A DNA stretch of 64,000 nucleotides from Chthoniobacteraceae bacterium (GCA_037190965.1 JBBCKI010000019.1:1-64000); one strand, 5' to 3'. Positions 1-10,352 are shown, numbered from the stretch's first letter. A program made the numbers and translations. Notes: generated from the letters alone by a model not told the origin.

Positions 1-405
1 CAGCAGCAGATCGTTTTCGATATCTCCGTTTACAGTAGCGGCTATTCTTATTCCAGAATCGATGGGATAACCGACGGGGGAGTGGCTTATGGCTTCTACT
101 GGCTTTTCGACGGAGAAGATGTTAGCGATCGGGCATTCATCTGGAGCGCGGAACTTGGTGTTATTTCTCTTGATGAATCGATAAGTGAAGGTGTTTCCCA
201 ATATGGATGGAGTAGCTTTACTGATGTAAAATTGGTCACGGAGGGTGGGGTGATTGTTGGCTCAGGCGGCATCACGGGGTCTCTTGGCAACGGCGTCTAC
301 ATCGTTGCCGTAGTTCCAGAGGGGTCGACTTACGTCTTCATGATTATCGGCTCGAGTGCAATCTCCTGGGTTGCGCGGCGCAAGCGAACCAAGCTGGCAG
401 CATAA
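1..405 (+). CDS. PEP-CTERM-sorted exoprotein, C-terminal part (5' truncated by the window edge)
   Basis: Frame 1 is open from base 1. It ends VPEGST + hydrophobic helix + RRKR, the PEP-CTERM pattern, and contains a HAF-repeat-like RAFIWS motif. Confidence 0.8.
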   Translation, partial: QQQIVFDISVYSSGYSYSRIDGITDGGVAYGFYWLFDGEDVSDRAFIWSAELGVISLDESISEGVSQYGWSSFTDVKLVTEGGVIVGSGGITGSLGNGVYIVAVVPEGSTYVFMIIGSSAISWVARRKRTKLAA

Positions 406-492
406 GGTTAAAAAAGCCCCTGGGATTTCTCTCATTTTAGGCCGAGGTCCTGACCGTTAGCGAGAGCTCTCCGCGCTGCATGCGCGGACAAC

Positions 493-527
493 AAAAAGCG
501 GAAAGCCTATTTTCAGGCCTTCCGCTT
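493..527 (-). terminator. Intrinsic terminator of mdh
   Basis: Hairpin aagcggaaagcct/aggccttccgctt with a T-run on the minus strand, just downstream of the mdh stop. Confidence 0.75.
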
Positions 528-553
528 GTAGATTTGATTTTTTCTTCAGGTAT

Positions 554-1534
554 TTAGATCAACTCTGCAACGAGGCTCTTTTCTTCCTTCAACTCGCCGA
601 CGGTCGCGTCGATCTTGCTCTGCGAGAACTCGTTGACGGGGAGGCCCTGCACGATTTCGTAGGTCGAGCCGTTGCTGCGGATCGGGTAGCCGCAGATGAT
701 CCCCGGTTCGATCCCGTAGGAACCGTCCGAGGGAACCGCGACGCTGAACCAGTCGCCCGCCGGGGTTGGCGTGGTGAGGGAGCGCACGGTGTCCACCACG
801 GCGTTCGCGGCGGAGGCGGCGGAGGAAAGCCCGCGAGCCTTGATGATCGCCGCGCCGCGCTGCTGCACGGTCGGGATGAAGACGTCCTTAAGCCACGACT
901 CGTCGGTGATGACTTCCGTGGCCGGTTTGCCGCCGATCTTGGCGTTATAGAAATCGGGATACTGGGTGGCCGAGTGGTTGCCCCAGATGGCGAGGTTGGA
1001 AACGTCCGTCACGTGGGTTCCGGCGCGGAGCGCGAGCTGGCTCTTGGCGCGGTTTTCGTCCAGGCGCGTCATGGCAAACCAGCGGTCGGCGGGGATGTCC
1101 TTGGCGTTGGACTTGGCGATCAGCGCGTTGGTATTGCACGGGTTGCCGACCACCAGCACGCGAACGTCGGAGGCGGCGTTGGCTTCGATCGCCTTCCCCT
1201 GGCCGATGAAAATCTTCCCGTTGATGCTCAGGAGGTCCTTGCGTTCCATCCCAGCCTTGCGCGGGACGGAGCCCACCAGCAGCGCCCAGTTGACACCGCG
1301 GAATCCTTCGTCCAGATCCGCCGTGGCGACGATGCCGCTCAGCAGGGGGAAGGCGCAATCCTGAAGCTCCATCACCACGCCCTGAAGCGGGTCAAGGGCC
1401 TGCGGGATTTCAACAAGGTGCAGTTCCACCGGCTGGTCGGGCCCGAACATGGAGCCGGAAGCAATACGGAAGAGAAGGGAATAGCCGATCTGACCGGCAG
1501 CACCGGTCACGGCCACTTTGATGGGAGTTTTCAT
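554..1534 (-). CDS. mdh: Malate dehydrogenase (NAD, cytosolic-type)
   Basis: Motifs [35 protein letters not shown]. Confidence 0.97.
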   Translation of the reverse strand: MKTPIKVAVTGAAGQIGYSLLFRIASGSMFGPDQPVELHLVEIPQALDPLQGVVMELQDCAFPLLSGIVATADLDEGFRGVNWALLVGSVPRKAGMERKDLLSINGKIFIGQGKAIEANAASDVRVLVVGNPCNTNALIAKSNAKDIPADRWFAMTRLDENRAKSQLALRAGTHVTDVSNLAIWGNHSATQYPDFYNAKIGGKPATEVITDESWLKDVFIPTVQQRGAAIIKARGLSSAASAANAVVDTVRSLTTPTPAGDWFSVAVPSDGSYGIEPGIICGYPIRSNGSTYEIVQGLPVNEFSQSKIDATVGELKEEKSLVAELI

Positions 1535-1583
1535 AACTTGCCCGGATTAAAGACGGAGAGGGCGCAAGGGAAAAGAGAAATTA

Positions 1584-1638
1584 CGGATTGCGGAATGCGG
1601 CTTTCTTTCCGCATCCCGCAATCGCAAATTCGCAATCC
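1584..1638. repeat. Inverted heptamer-repeat hairpin at the pilC stop
   Basis: cggattg-cggaatg-cgg followed by tccgcat-cccgcaa-tcgcaaa-ttcgcaa-tcc. Confidence 0.6.
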
Positions 1639-2855
1639 TATTTGGACCCCGAGACGACGTCGCTGAGCTTGAAGATCGGCAGGAACATCGCGATCACGAT
1701 GCCGCCCACGACGACGCCCAGGAAGCAGATAAGGAACGGCTCGATGAGCGAAGTCAGCGCGTCGAGCATCGCCTCGATCTCCTCATCCCAGAAGTCGGCC
1801 ATCTTTTCCAGCATGGTGTCGATCTTACCGGTGGCCTCGCCTGCCGAAACCATCCGCAGCATCATCGGCGGGAAGATCGGTTGCCGGGTCATGGCCGCCG
1901 CAAGGCCATCTCCTTTTTCAACGTCGAGCGCGACCCCTTTGATCGCTTTTTCCACCATGGAATTCCCGGAGGTTTCGCCGACAATTGACATCACTTCCAG
2001 AATCGGCACGCCCGAGCGAATCAATTGTGCAAACGTCCGGGCAAACCGGCTCATGCAGATCTTATGAATCAACGGCCCGAAGACAGGGAGTTTCAATTGG
2101 TAACGGTCCCACCATTCGGTTCCGCCCTTCGTCTTCAGAAAACTTTTGATACCGTAGAAAATGCCGCCCAGGGTCAGAATAATCCAGTACCAACGGGCGC
2201 GAATGATATCGCTCAGGTCGATCAGGAACTGAGTGGGAGCGGGGAGCTTTGCGCCAAAATCCGCGAAAATATCGCCGAAAACCGGGACGATCTTCACGAT
2301 CAGGAAGGTCGTGATAAGGAGCGCAATGCAGATGACGATAACCGGATACGTCATCGCGGACTTCACCTTCTTCTTGAGCCGGGCGCTCGCCTCCAGGAAG
2401 CCCGCCAACCGGTCGAGAATCTCCGAAAGCATACCTCCCGTTTCCCCCGCCTTCACCATCGAGATATAGAGACGGGAGAAAACAATCGGGTGCTTGGCAA
2501 TTGCTTCGTTGAAGGTATCACCTTGTTGCACTCGGGCCGTCACCTCTCCGACGACCGCTCTCAGGGCCGCCTGCTTGCGGGGGTCGGACTGCTCATAGAG
2601 CGCGGTCATGGCCGACACCAGCGGCAATCCCGCCTCCACCATGGTGGCAAGCTGCCGGGTGAAGAGGACCAGATCGGTATCGCTCACCTTCTTGGTCCGC
2701 GCGGTGGAACTTTTGAGCGCCCGTTGCTGGATGGAGATCACCATCAGGCCCCGGCTCATCAAGGTGTTGATGGCATTCTCTTCGTTGACAGCCTCGGCAA
2801 CGCCGGAAATGATTTTTCCCTGGGCGTCGCGCGCTTGGTAGGCAAAGGTGATCAT
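1638..2855 (-). CDS. pilC: Type II secretion F / type IV pilus platform protein
   Basis: Motifs FTRQLATMVEAGLPL, AGETGG, KVKSAMTYP, SLIEP, AMFLPIF. Start placed at MITFAYQARD (ATG 2855). Confidence 0.93.
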   Translation of the reverse strand: MITFAYQARDAQGKIISGVAEAVNEENAINTLMSRGLMVISIQQRALKSSTARTKKVSDTDLVLFTRQLATMVEAGLPLVSAMTALYEQSDPRKQAALRAVVGEVTARVQQGDTFNEAIAKHPIVFSRLYISMVKAGETGGMLSEILDRLAGFLEASARLKKKVKSAMTYPVIVICIALLITTFLIVKIVPVFGDIFADFGAKLPAPTQFLIDLSDIIRARWYWIILTLGGIFYGIKSFLKTKGGTEWWDRYQLKLPVFGPLIHKICMSRFARTFAQLIRSGVPILEVMSIVGETSGNSMVEKAIKGVALDVEKGDGLAAAMTRQPIFPPMMLRMVSAGEATGKIDTMLEKMADFWDEEIEAMLDALTSLIEPFLICFLGVVVGGIVIAMFLPIFKLSDVVSGSK

Positions 2856-3008
2856 AGAAAGGGACAGGTAAAGATAACGTTCTTTCTGGGAAGGTTCCCG
2901 CATCCTAGGGGAGCGGAGGGTTCTGCCGCGAGGAAAATGCACGAACCGTGCCAAGGTGCGAACGGGAGCGGAATTGGGACGATCATTTGCGGACCGGGGA
3001 AAAACCGC

Positions 3009-3036
3009 TTGCCATCAAGACGATCTCGTTGATACT
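3009..3036 (+). promoter_or_regulatory. Putative sigma70 promoter of rpsO
   Basis: TTGCCA-N16-GATACT, ending 22 nt before the rpsO ATG. Confidence 0.4.
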
Positions 3037-3058
3037 GACCCTTCCAAAAACAGAATTT

Positions 3059-3316
3059 ATGGCAACGATGACGAAAGAAATCCAGGGTTTCGGGCAGCAC
3101 GACAAGGACACGGGCAGCGCCGACGTGCAGATCGCCCTCCTTACCCAGCGTATCTCGCAGCTGACCGAACACCTGAAAGTACACAGCAAAGACCACGCTT
3201 CCCGCCGTGGGCTCCTGATGATGGTGGCCAAGCGCCGCAGTCTTCTCGACTACCTCAAGCGGACGGCCGGCGAACGGTATAAGACCGTCCTGGAGAAGCT
3301 GAATCTCCGTAAGTAA
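3059..3316 (+). CDS. rpsO: 30S ribosomal protein S15
   Basis: [13 protein letters not shown]...[13 protein letters not shown]; lies upstream of pnp as usual. Confidence 0.97.
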   Translation: MATMTKEIQGFGQHDKDTGSADVQIALLTQRISQLTEHLKVHSKDHASRRGLLMMVAKRRSLLDYLKRTAGERYKTVLEKLNLRK

Positions 3317-3673
3317 TTTTTCCGAGCGATCCCGGGCCGGGTTTTCCCCTGCCCGGGTTTGTTTCATGGTGGGGAAACTCCGCCGACTGAAGAAGGGGCT
3401 CGGAAGAAAATCAAGACCCCTCTTCAACCCAAGCTCTCGCGTGGTGATAGAGCCTTAGAGCGCAAAGCCTAAGAGCCTCGGAACCGCAGCAGGGCATCCA
3501 AAGAAAAACACGCGGCACTGGCAGGCGTTGCCGGAGATTAGATGAGATGATGAAATATGAATTAAGAAGTAAGGGCGGGGCTCGTCCCCCGTTTCGTACT
3601 TCCTACTTCATACGTCGTCATTTCTCTGCGCTCCGGTGATGACCAGAACGGTGCCGCATTTGCAATTGCAAGT
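3317..3673 (+). promoter_or_regulatory. Highly structured rpsO-pnp intergenic leader
   Basis: Stems ttccgagc/gctcggaa (3320/3398), gcggcac/gtgccgc (3512/3651) and ccggag/ctccgg (3531/3631); the latter two enclose a long irregular hairpin. Confidence 0.6.
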
Positions 3674-5803
3674 ATGCACCATACCATCTCAGTAGAAGTG
3701 GGCCCTTCGCCCATCGTATTCGAAACCGGCAAACTCGCCAAACTCGCCGACGGAGCCGTTACGGTCCGCAGCGGCGACACCATCGTTCTCGTTTCCGCCG
3801 TCTCCGCCACCTCGTTGAAGGAAGGCCAGGACTGGTTTCCGTTGACTGTCGATTACCGCGAAAAAGCGGCTGCCGTGGGCAAGTTCCCCGGCGGTTACTT
3901 CAAGCGCGAAGGCCGTCCCACGGAAAAGGAAATCCTCACCGCGCGCATGACCGATCGTCCGCTGCGCCCGCTCTTCCCGAAAGGCTACCTCTATGACACG
4001 CAGATCATCAGCGTGCTCCTGAGCGCCGACGGCGAACACGATCCCGACATCCTCTCCATCAACGGCGCTTCCGCTGCCCTGATGGTTTCCGACATCCCGT
4101 TTGCCGGCCCCATCGGCGCGGTTCGCATTGGCCGCATCAACGGCGAGTTTGTCGTCAACCCCGGCCACTCGCATCGCGTTGAAAGCGATCTCGACCTCGT
4201 TTACGTCGGCAATGAAAACGACGTGATCATGATCGAGGGTTCCGCCGACGAGCTTCCCGAAGCCGACTTCATCAAGGCGCTCGAATTCGCGCAGCCTTTC
4301 GTGAAGCAGATTGTCCAGGCCCAGAGGGAACTCGCCGCTCTCGTGAACAAGCCCAAGCGCCAGCTCCCGCTGCTCATCGTCAAAGACGAGCTGCTCGAGA
4401 TCGCCTACAGCGTCGCCGGCGACCGCATCGAGGCCGCCATTTACACGCCGAGCAAAGTGGCGCGTGGCAAGGCCGTGGAAGCCCTTCGTGCCGAAGTGAA
4501 GGCCGCGATCCTTGCGAAGTTCCCTGAAGCCACCAGCTTCGACATCAACCAGGCGTTCGACTACCTCCAGAAGAAGGCGTTCCGCATCAGCACGCTCGAT
4601 CGCGGGGTTCGTCCTGATGGTCGCGGCGCTCGCGATCTGCGTGTCCTCACCGGGGAAGTCGGGTTCCTCCCGCGCTCCCACGGTTCGGCGCTCTTCTCGC
4701 GTGGGGAAACCCAGGCGGTGGCGCTTGCCACGCTGGCTCCCGCCGACGAAGCCCAGATGCTCGACGCCTACACCGGCGGCGAAGCGGAAAAACGCTTCAT
4801 CCTGCACTATAACTTCCCGCCGTTCTCGGTCGGCGAAACCGGCCGCACCGGCAGCCCCGGCCGCCGCGAAATTGGCCACGGCGCCTTGGCAGAGCGCTCG
4901 ATCCTTCCGGTCATCCCGAAGGAATCGAACTTCCCTTACGCCATTCGCGTCAGTAGCGAGATCATGGAATCCAACGGTTCCACCTCGATGGCCAGCGTTT
5001 GCGCCGGCATCCTCGCTTTGATGGACGCGGGCGTTCCGATCACGAAGCCCGTCGCGGGTATTTCCGTCGGTCTTGTCACCGAGTTTGACGGCGATCACCT
5101 CGCCCGTTATTCCACGCTCACCGACATCCTCGGTTCCGAGGATCACTTCGGCGACATGGACTTCAAGCTCTGCGGCACCGACACCGGCATCACCGGGTTC
5201 CAGCTCGACCTCAAGCTCCCCGGCATCAGCCACAAGATCCTCGCCGAAGCGATTTACCAGGCGAAGGAAGCCCGCACGACCATCCTCGGCGTGATGGAAG
5301 GCGCATTGGCGGCTCCGCGCGCGGAAATGAGCGTCTATGCCCCGCGCATCGAGACGATCAAGATCCCCGTCGACAAGATCGGCCTCCTCATCGGGCCTGG
5401 TGGCAAGACCATCAAGGGCATCGTTGCCGAGACCGGCGCCGAGATCAACATCCAGGACGACGGCTCCGTCAACATCTACTCCAACAACGGCGAAAGCCTC
5501 AAGCGTGCCAAGGAGATCATCGCCGGCATGACCAAGGAGATTGAAGTGGGCGAGCTCTACCAGGGCACGGTGGTTTCCACCAAGGAGTTCGGCGCGTTTG
5601 TCGAAGTCCTCCCCGGCAAGGAAGGCCTCGTTCACATCTCCGAGCTTGCCGACTTCCGCGTGAACAAGACCGAAGACGTCGTCCGCGTGGGCGACGCGAT
5701 TTGGGTCAAGTGCATCGGCATCGACGAGAAAGGCCGCGTCAAACTCAGCCGCAAGGCCGCGATGAAAGATCGCAACGAGGTTGCCGCCGCTGGCCAAAAC
5801 TAA
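3674..5803 (+). CDS. pnp: Polyribonucleotide nucleotidyltransferase (PNPase)
   Basis: Motifs [33 protein letters not shown] and S1 domains. Confidence 0.98.
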   Translation: MHHTISVEVGPSPIVFETGKLAKLADGAVTVRSGDTIVLVSAVSATSLKEGQDWFPLTVDYREKAAAVGKFPGGYFKREGRPTEKEILTARMTDRPLRPLFPKGYLYDTQIISVLLSADGEHDPDILSINGASAALMVSDIPFAGPIGAVRIGRINGEFVVNPGHSHRVESDLDLVYVGNENDVIMIEGSADELPEADFIKALEFAQPFVKQIVQAQRELAALVNKPKRQLPLLIVKDELLEIAYSVAGDRIEAAIYTPSKVARGKAVEALRAEVKAAILAKFPEATSFDINQAFDYLQKKAFRISTLDRGVRPDGRGARDLRVLTGEVGFLPRSHGSALFSRGETQAVALATLAPADEAQMLDAYTGGEAEKRFILHYNFPPFSVGETGRTGSPGRREIGHGALAERSILPVIPKESNFPYAIRVSSEIMESNGSTSMASVCAGILALMDAGVPITKPVAGISVGLVTEFDGDHLARYSTLTDILGSEDHFGDMDFKLCGTDTGITGFQLDLKLPGISHKILAEAIYQAKEARTTILGVMEGALAAPRAEMSVYAPRIETIKIPVDKIGLLIGPGGKTIKGIVAETGAEINIQDDGSVNIYSNNGESLKRAKEIIAGMTKEIEVGELYQGTVVSTKEFGAFVEVLPGKEGLVHISELADFRVNKTEDVVRVGDAIWVKCIGIDEKGRVKLSRKAAMKDRNEVAAAGQN

Positions 5804-5824
5804 GCCGCTCGGTTAGACACTATC

Positions 5825-5864
5825 AAAAACGCCGCACCGGATTTTCCGGTGCGGCATTTTTTTT
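5825..5864. terminator. Bidirectional intrinsic terminator between pnp and the YciF-like gene
   Basis: aaaaac-gccgcaccgga-tt-ttccggtgcggc-atttttttt. Confidence 0.85.
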
Positions 5865-5894
5865 CTATCCGGTATCCGCTTTCCGGTTTCGAGT

Positions 5895-6395
5895 TCAGGC
5901 CATTTCGTGTTCGCGGGCCTTCACATTGATTTTTTCTGCAAGCGTGGTGAGCTTTTTATCAGTCGTCGCCTCCTCCTGCAGCGTCTCGGAAAGCAGCGAT
6001 TCGTCCTGGCTGTGCCCCAGCAGGTTCGCATAGGTGCGGGCGCAGCCGTACCCTGCCATTTCATAGTGTTCCACGCGCTGGGCGGCGGAGATGATCCCCG
6101 CATCCATCACGTCGGCCTGAGCGTCTTCATCCAACCAGTTTTCGCCTTCTTCGATGATGCCTTCGATGCCCTTGCATTTCGCGCCACGAGTCGCTTTACC
6201 ATGCCGTTCGAAGATCTGCTCCAGCCGCTCCGCATGAACGCGCGACTCTTGCAGGTGCTTTTCGAAAGCCTGCCTGAGTTCCGGCGAGGTTGCATGCTTG
6301 GCCATCTTCGGCAGGGCTCTGATAATCTGCTTCTCCGCGCTGTAGAGATCTTTCAGCTCGTGAAGATAGAGGTCTTGAAGTGTTTCGTAGTCCAT
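5895..6395 (-). CDS. YciE/YciF (DUF892) ferritin-like stress protein
   Basis: Motifs LKDLYSAEKQ, KCKGIEG, AQRVEHYEMAGYG. Confidence 0.92.
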   Translation of the reverse strand: MDYETLQDLYLHELKDLYSAEKQIIRALPKMAKHATSPELRQAFEKHLQESRVHAERLEQIFERHGKATRGAKCKGIEGIIEEGENWLDEDAQADVMDAGIISAAQRVEHYEMAGYGCARTYANLLGHSQDESLLSETLQEEATTDKKLTTLAEKINVKAREHEMA

Positions 6396-6460
6396 TTACT
6401 TTCGGTAACGGAACGATGGAGCCGCATGGCTGTAGTCGGACAACCCCTATTATTCCCCTT

Positions 6461-7666
6461 ATGAAAGCACTTTTTCTGACCAACGAATACCCTCCCAACG
6501 TTTACGGCGGCGCGGGGGTGCACGTCGATTACCTGAGCCGAGAATTGGCGAAGCTCATTGACGTGGAAGTGCGCGCCTTCGGGACGCAGGATGAGACCTT
6601 TACGGATGGCCACACGTTGCGCGTGCGTGGGTTTGGCGTCGACACAAGCGGCTACACCTGCCCGAAGCCTTTGCAATCGGTTTTCGGAGCCCTCGAGCGC
6701 TGTACCGCCTTCAATACGACCGGCATCGATGCCAGCCTGGTGCACTGCCACACCTGGTATTCGAACTGGGGCGGCATCCTCGCAAAACTCAACTACGGCC
6801 TCCCGCTCGTCCTCACCGTCCACTCGCTCGAGCCGTTGCGCCCTTGGAAACGCGAGCAGCTCGGCAACGGTTATGACTTCACCTGCTGGCTTGAAAAGAC
6901 CGCCATCGAAATGGCCGACGCCGTCATCGCCGTCTCCGCTGAAACCAAGGCCGATGTGCTTCGCCTCTTTAACGTCCCGGAAGACCGCGTTCATATTATT
7001 CATAACGGCATCGATCTCGACGAATATCGCAAGACTTCCTCCCGCGATGCGCTCGTGCGGCATGGGGTGGATCCGAACGTTCCTTACCTGCTCTTCGTCG
7101 GGCGTATCACGCGGCAGAAGGGGATCATTCATCTCCTTAATGCCATCAGGTATTTGAATCCCGGCTTCCAGGTGGTGCTCTGCGCCGGTGCGCCCGACAC
7201 TCCCGAGATCGCGGCGGAAATGAAAGCCGCCGTCGCCGCGCTGGATCGCCCGGGGGTTGTCTGGATTCAGGAGATGCTCGATAAAAAATCGGCCATCGAG
7301 TTTTACTCCCACGCCGCGATTTTCTGCTGTCCTTCCATTTACGAGCCCTTTGGTATCATCAATCTCGAAGCCATGGCGTGCGAAACGCCGGTGGTCGCCA
7401 GTGCCGTGGGCGGCATCAAAGAGGTCGTCGTCGATGGCGAGACCGGTTATCTTGTGCCGGTGCGCCAGATGAACGAAAGTCCTTTCGAACCGCTGGACCC
7501 GGACGAGTTCGCCCGCGCCCTCGCGGCCCGCATCAACGAACTGATGGCGGATCCCGCGTTACGCGAAAGAATGGCCAAAGCCGGACGCCGTCGCGTCGAA
7601 CAAAAATTTGGATGGAACGCCATCGCGCGGCAAACGCTGGAGCTTTATCGTAGCTTGTCGCGATAG
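6461..7666 (+). CDS. glgA: GT4 glycosyltransferase, actinobacterial GlgA/GlgM-like (glycogen or maltose-1-phosphate synthase family)
   Basis: Motifs EYPPNVYGGAGVHV, HTWY, HSLEPLRPWKREQLG, YEPFGIINLEAMAC. Confidence 0.85.
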   Translation: MKALFLTNEYPPNVYGGAGVHVDYLSRELAKLIDVEVRAFGTQDETFTDGHTLRVRGFGVDTSGYTCPKPLQSVFGALERCTAFNTTGIDASLVHCHTWYSNWGGILAKLNYGLPLVLTVHSLEPLRPWKREQLGNGYDFTCWLEKTAIEMADAVIAVSAETKADVLRLFNVPEDRVHIIHNGIDLDEYRKTSSRDALVRHGVDPNVPYLLFVGRITRQKGIIHLLNAIRYLNPGFQVVLCAGAPDTPEIAAEMKAAVAALDRPGVVWIQEMLDKKSAIEFYSHAAIFCCPSIYEPFGIINLEAMACETPVVASAVGGIKEVVVDGETGYLVPVRQMNESPFEPLDPDEFARALAARINELMADPALRERMAKAGRRRVEQKFGWNAIARQTLELYRSLSR

Positions 7667-7728
7667 GAACGCCGGGCTTGCGAGTGTGGCGGTGTTCTCT
7701 GAGTGAACGGCGAGAGGTGGTCTTTCTT

Positions 7729-7880
7729 CCTCGTTACCAATCTCCAGATTGGTAATGCCATTGTCCCCGAATCTCTGATTCGAAAGCCTCGTCATCCCGT
7801 GCAGGGTGTCGGAGCAAACACAGTTTCGAAACTGGAGTTTCGAAGACACGGGCATTCCCAAACAGAGTTTGGGAACGAGG
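7729..7880. repeat. REP-doublet (REPIN-like) element, CGTT-tagged family
   Basis: Imperfect ~30 bp terminal inverted repeats, each itself a hairpin (cctcgttaccaatctccagattggtaatgcc / ggcattcccaaacagagtttgggaacgagg), plus two inner hairpins. Confidence 0.7.
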
Positions 7881-7946
7881 GAAACACTAACTCGGTCGGG
7901 GATGACCTAAAATGGCATTCAGCTTGGTAGACGACGTCGATATATA

Positions 7947-7982
7947 CAAAATGGGAGGAGAAACAAGTTCTCCTCCCATTTG
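7947..7982 (-). terminator. Terminator-like hairpin downstream of the histone-like gene
   Basis: aaatgggaggagaa/ttctcctcccattt 14 bp stem. Confidence 0.7.
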
Positions 7983-8067
7983 GAATTCGCAATTCACCAC
8001 TTTCTTAATGGCCGTTGCGTCGGGTTGACATGGCGGCCACGGTTGAAAGTGAAGTGTCGGGGTCTGG

Positions 8068-8400
8068 TTAGCCCTTCTTGCTCGCCGCCGGTTTGGCAGC
8101 GGCTTTTGCCTTGGGCGCAGCCTTGGGTTTTGTCGCCGGTTTCTTGGCGGCAAGCTTCTTGGCGGGTGCCTTGGTGGCAGCCTTTGCAACTGCCTTCTTA
8201 GCAGGAGCCTTTGCCTTCGCAGCTTTCGCGGCGGGCTTGGCAGCCGCTTTAGGTTTGGCAGCAGCCTTGGGCTTTGCAGCAGCCTTGGCCGCGGTGGCCT
8301 TGGCGGCCGGCTTTTTGGCAGCCAGCTTTTTGGCTGGTGCTTTCTTTGCCGGAGCCTTTGCTTTGGATGCTGGTTTTTTGGGCGCAGCTTTAATAGCCAT
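8068..8400 (-). CDS. Histone H1-like Lys/Ala/Pro-rich nucleoid protein (PAKK/AAKP repeats)
   Basis: 110 aa, almost only K, A and P. Purine-rich RBS-like gaaagggggaa before ATG 8400. Confidence 0.8.
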   Translation of the reverse strand: MAIKAAPKKPASKAKAPAKKAPAKKLAAKKPAAKATAAKAAAKPKAAAKPKAAAKPAAKAAKAKAPAKKAVAKAATKAPAKKLAAKKPATKPKAAPKAKAAAKPAASKKG

Positions 8401-8525
8401 TAAAAATTCCCCCCTTTCAAACCGCAGTAGCGGATGGAAAAAATGTGATCCGAACAATCCGAGCGGTGTGGATGTAATTAATCATCACTACCTATCGCGG
8501 TGAGTAACGAACTACGGATTTTAAG

Positions 8526-9167
8526 TCAACGCTTTTCTCGCGGCGCGCACAAAATATTTACGAGCGCGTGCGCGAGATCGCGTTTGTTTGAGCGCGGTAA
8601 TACTCTACTCGGTAAGTGGGGATAAAAAATGACCACTTCGTTGTCGTCGCTGTCAAATCCAAGGCCGGGCGCGCTCACGTCGTTCGCGATGATCGCGTCA
8701 CACGCTTTTTCGCGCAGTTTTTTTTGCGCGTAGGCGGCGAGATTTTCGGTTTCCGCGGCGAAGCCGACGAGAAAAAATTTCCTCTCCCGGATCGCGCCCA
8801 GCGAAGCGAGGATGTCGCGCGTCGGCACCAGCGCGATCTGCGGAGCGCCCTCGTGTTTCTTGATTTTCCGCGGCGCGCAGACTGCCGGTTTGAAATCCGC
8901 GACGGCGGCGGCAAGCACGGCGATGTCGATTCCATCGAGGTTCGCGTGGACCGCGTCATACATTTCATCGGCGGTGTTCACGCGCACGACGCGAACGCCG
9001 GATGGTGGCGCGAGGCAGACGGGGCCGCTCACCAGCACGACTTCGTGGCCCGCCGCGCACGCCGCTTCCGCAATGGCGTAGCCCATTTTGCCTGACGAAC
9101 GATTGCTGAGAAACCGGACGGGATCGATCGGTTCTCGTGTCGGCCCGGCGGTGATCAAGAATTTCAT
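8526..9167 (-). CDS. coaB: Phosphopantothenate-cysteine ligase (stand-alone CoaB)
   Basis: Motifs ITAGPTREPIDPVRFLSNRSSGKMG, AAVADF, VGFAAET. Confidence 0.93.
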   Translation of the reverse strand: MKFLITAGPTREPIDPVRFLSNRSSGKMGYAIAEAACAAGHEVVLVSGPVCLAPPSGVRVVRVNTADEMYDAVHANLDGIDIAVLAAAVADFKPAVCAPRKIKKHEGAPQIALVPTRDILASLGAIRERKFFLVGFAAETENLAAYAQKKLREKACDAIIANDVSAPGLGFDSDDNEVVIFYPHLPSRVLPRSNKRDLAHALVNILCAPREKR

Positions 9168-9180
9168 GACGGCTGAAACT

Positions 9181-9711
9181 CTACGCGAGCAATTCTTCCG
9201 CGCGCGTCACGATGCCATCCACATTCCAAAGCCGTCCGACGCCTTCGTAGCCGCATGCGAGCATTCCCTCCTCCGGGCCGATGAAATGGACGCCGCGCGA
9301 GCGGAGTGTCTCCGCGTTGGCTTGCGTGGCGGCATGCAGCCACATCTTGCCGTTCATCGCCGGGGCGATGAGCACCGGCGCGAGCGTGGCGAGAGCGATC
9401 TCCGTCAAAGGATTCGCGGCGGTGCCATGCGCGAGATCGGCAAGCGTGTTGGCTGTCGCGGGCGCGACGAGAAGAAGATTCGCGCGGTCGGCAAGATCGA
9501 TATGCCCGGGCCGCCAATCGTTGCGCGCAAAAACATCCGTGAGCACGGGATTGCGCGATAAAGTCTGGAACGTCAACGGAGTCACGAACTCGCGCGCGCC
9601 CGATGTCATCGCCACATGCACCTCGTGGCCGCGCTTGACGAGTTTGCTGACGAGATCGGCGGCCTTGTAAGCCGCGATGGAACCGGTCACGCCAACAATG
9701 ATCGTCTTCAT
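9181..9711 (-). CDS. coaC: Phosphopantothenoylcysteine decarboxylase (stand-alone CoaC)
   Basis: Motifs GVTGSIAAYK, APATAN, PAMN, LACGYEGVGRL. Confidence 0.93.
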   Translation of the reverse strand: MKTIIVGVTGSIAAYKAADLVSKLVKRGHEVHVAMTSGAREFVTPLTFQTLSRNPVLTDVFARNDWRPGHIDLADRANLLLVAPATANTLADLAHGTAANPLTEIALATLAPVLIAPAMNGKMWLHAATQANAETLRSRGVHFIGPEEGMLACGYEGVGRLWNVDGIVTRAEELLA

Positions 9712-10337
9712 AAGTCGATAATCAGCCGTCGGCTCGCCGAGCGTTCCGCCCGCATGATCGCGCGGAATCCCGCGAGCACTTCTTCAATGGAACCGGAGAG
9801 AGTGTAGCGATAAAGCGGCCATTGGGCCATCTCTTCCTTCGCGTTGCGTAGCCGCGTTTCCATTTGTTCCTCCGTTTCCGTGCCTCGCTCGGCAAGACGG
9901 CGGCGGAGTTCCTCAAGACTCGGCGGCATCAGAAACACATCGGCCAGCGCCTCGCGAATCTCCGGATGCTCATTGGCTCGAATCATTGCCGCGCCCTGCG
10001 TGTCCACATCGACGAGGACATCGTTGCCTTCGCGCAACGCTTTCAGCACGAGGCTGCGCGGTGTGCCGTAATAGTTGCCATGCACCTCCGCGTATTCGAG
10101 AAAGTCTCCTTCCGCAATGCGTCGTTCGAATTCCGCATGCGTGAGAAAGTAGTAATCTTTTCCGTCGACTTCACCCGGGCGCGGCTTTCGCGTCGTGCAG
10201 GAGATGGAGTAAACAAAATCGGGAGGGGTCGCCATCAACCCTTTGTAGAGCGTCGATTTGCCGCCGCCCGACGGAGCGGACAGGACGAAAAGGACGCTAC
10301 GGCGACGGAGCGGCGAGTTTGCCAGACGATCGGTCAT
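9708..10337 (-). CDS. gmk: Guanylate kinase
   Basis: Motifs SAPSGGGKST, TTRKPRPGEVDGKDYYF, GNYYGT. Confidence 0.96.
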   Translation of the reverse strand: MTDRLANSPLRRRSVLFVLSAPSGGGKSTLYKGLMATPPDFVYSISCTTRKPRPGEVDGKDYYFLTHAEFERRIAEGDFLEYAEVHGNYYGTPRSLVLKALREGNDVLVDVDTQGAAMIRANEHPEIREALADVFLMPPSLEELRRRLAERGTETEEQMETRLRNAKEEMAQWPLYRYTLSGSIEEVLAGFRAIMRAERSASRRLIIDL

Positions 10338-10352
10338 GAAAAGGAAAGGGGG

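Noticed and set aside
3689..5797. Long antisense ORFs (702 aa here; also 17752-19557, 36510-38555, 45183-47537)
   Set aside because: They are shadows of pnp, thiC, secA and actB produced by GC-rich codon bias; no recognisable motifs.
8078..8503. Ala/Leu/Phe-rich 'membrane protein' on the plus strand
   Set aside because: It is the antisense read of the PAKK-repeat gene, which has the RBS and the downstream terminator.
9164..9183. Frameshifted coaBC pseudogene
   Set aside because: Both halves are complete domains with their own start and stop codons, and split coaB/coaC genes are a known arrangement.
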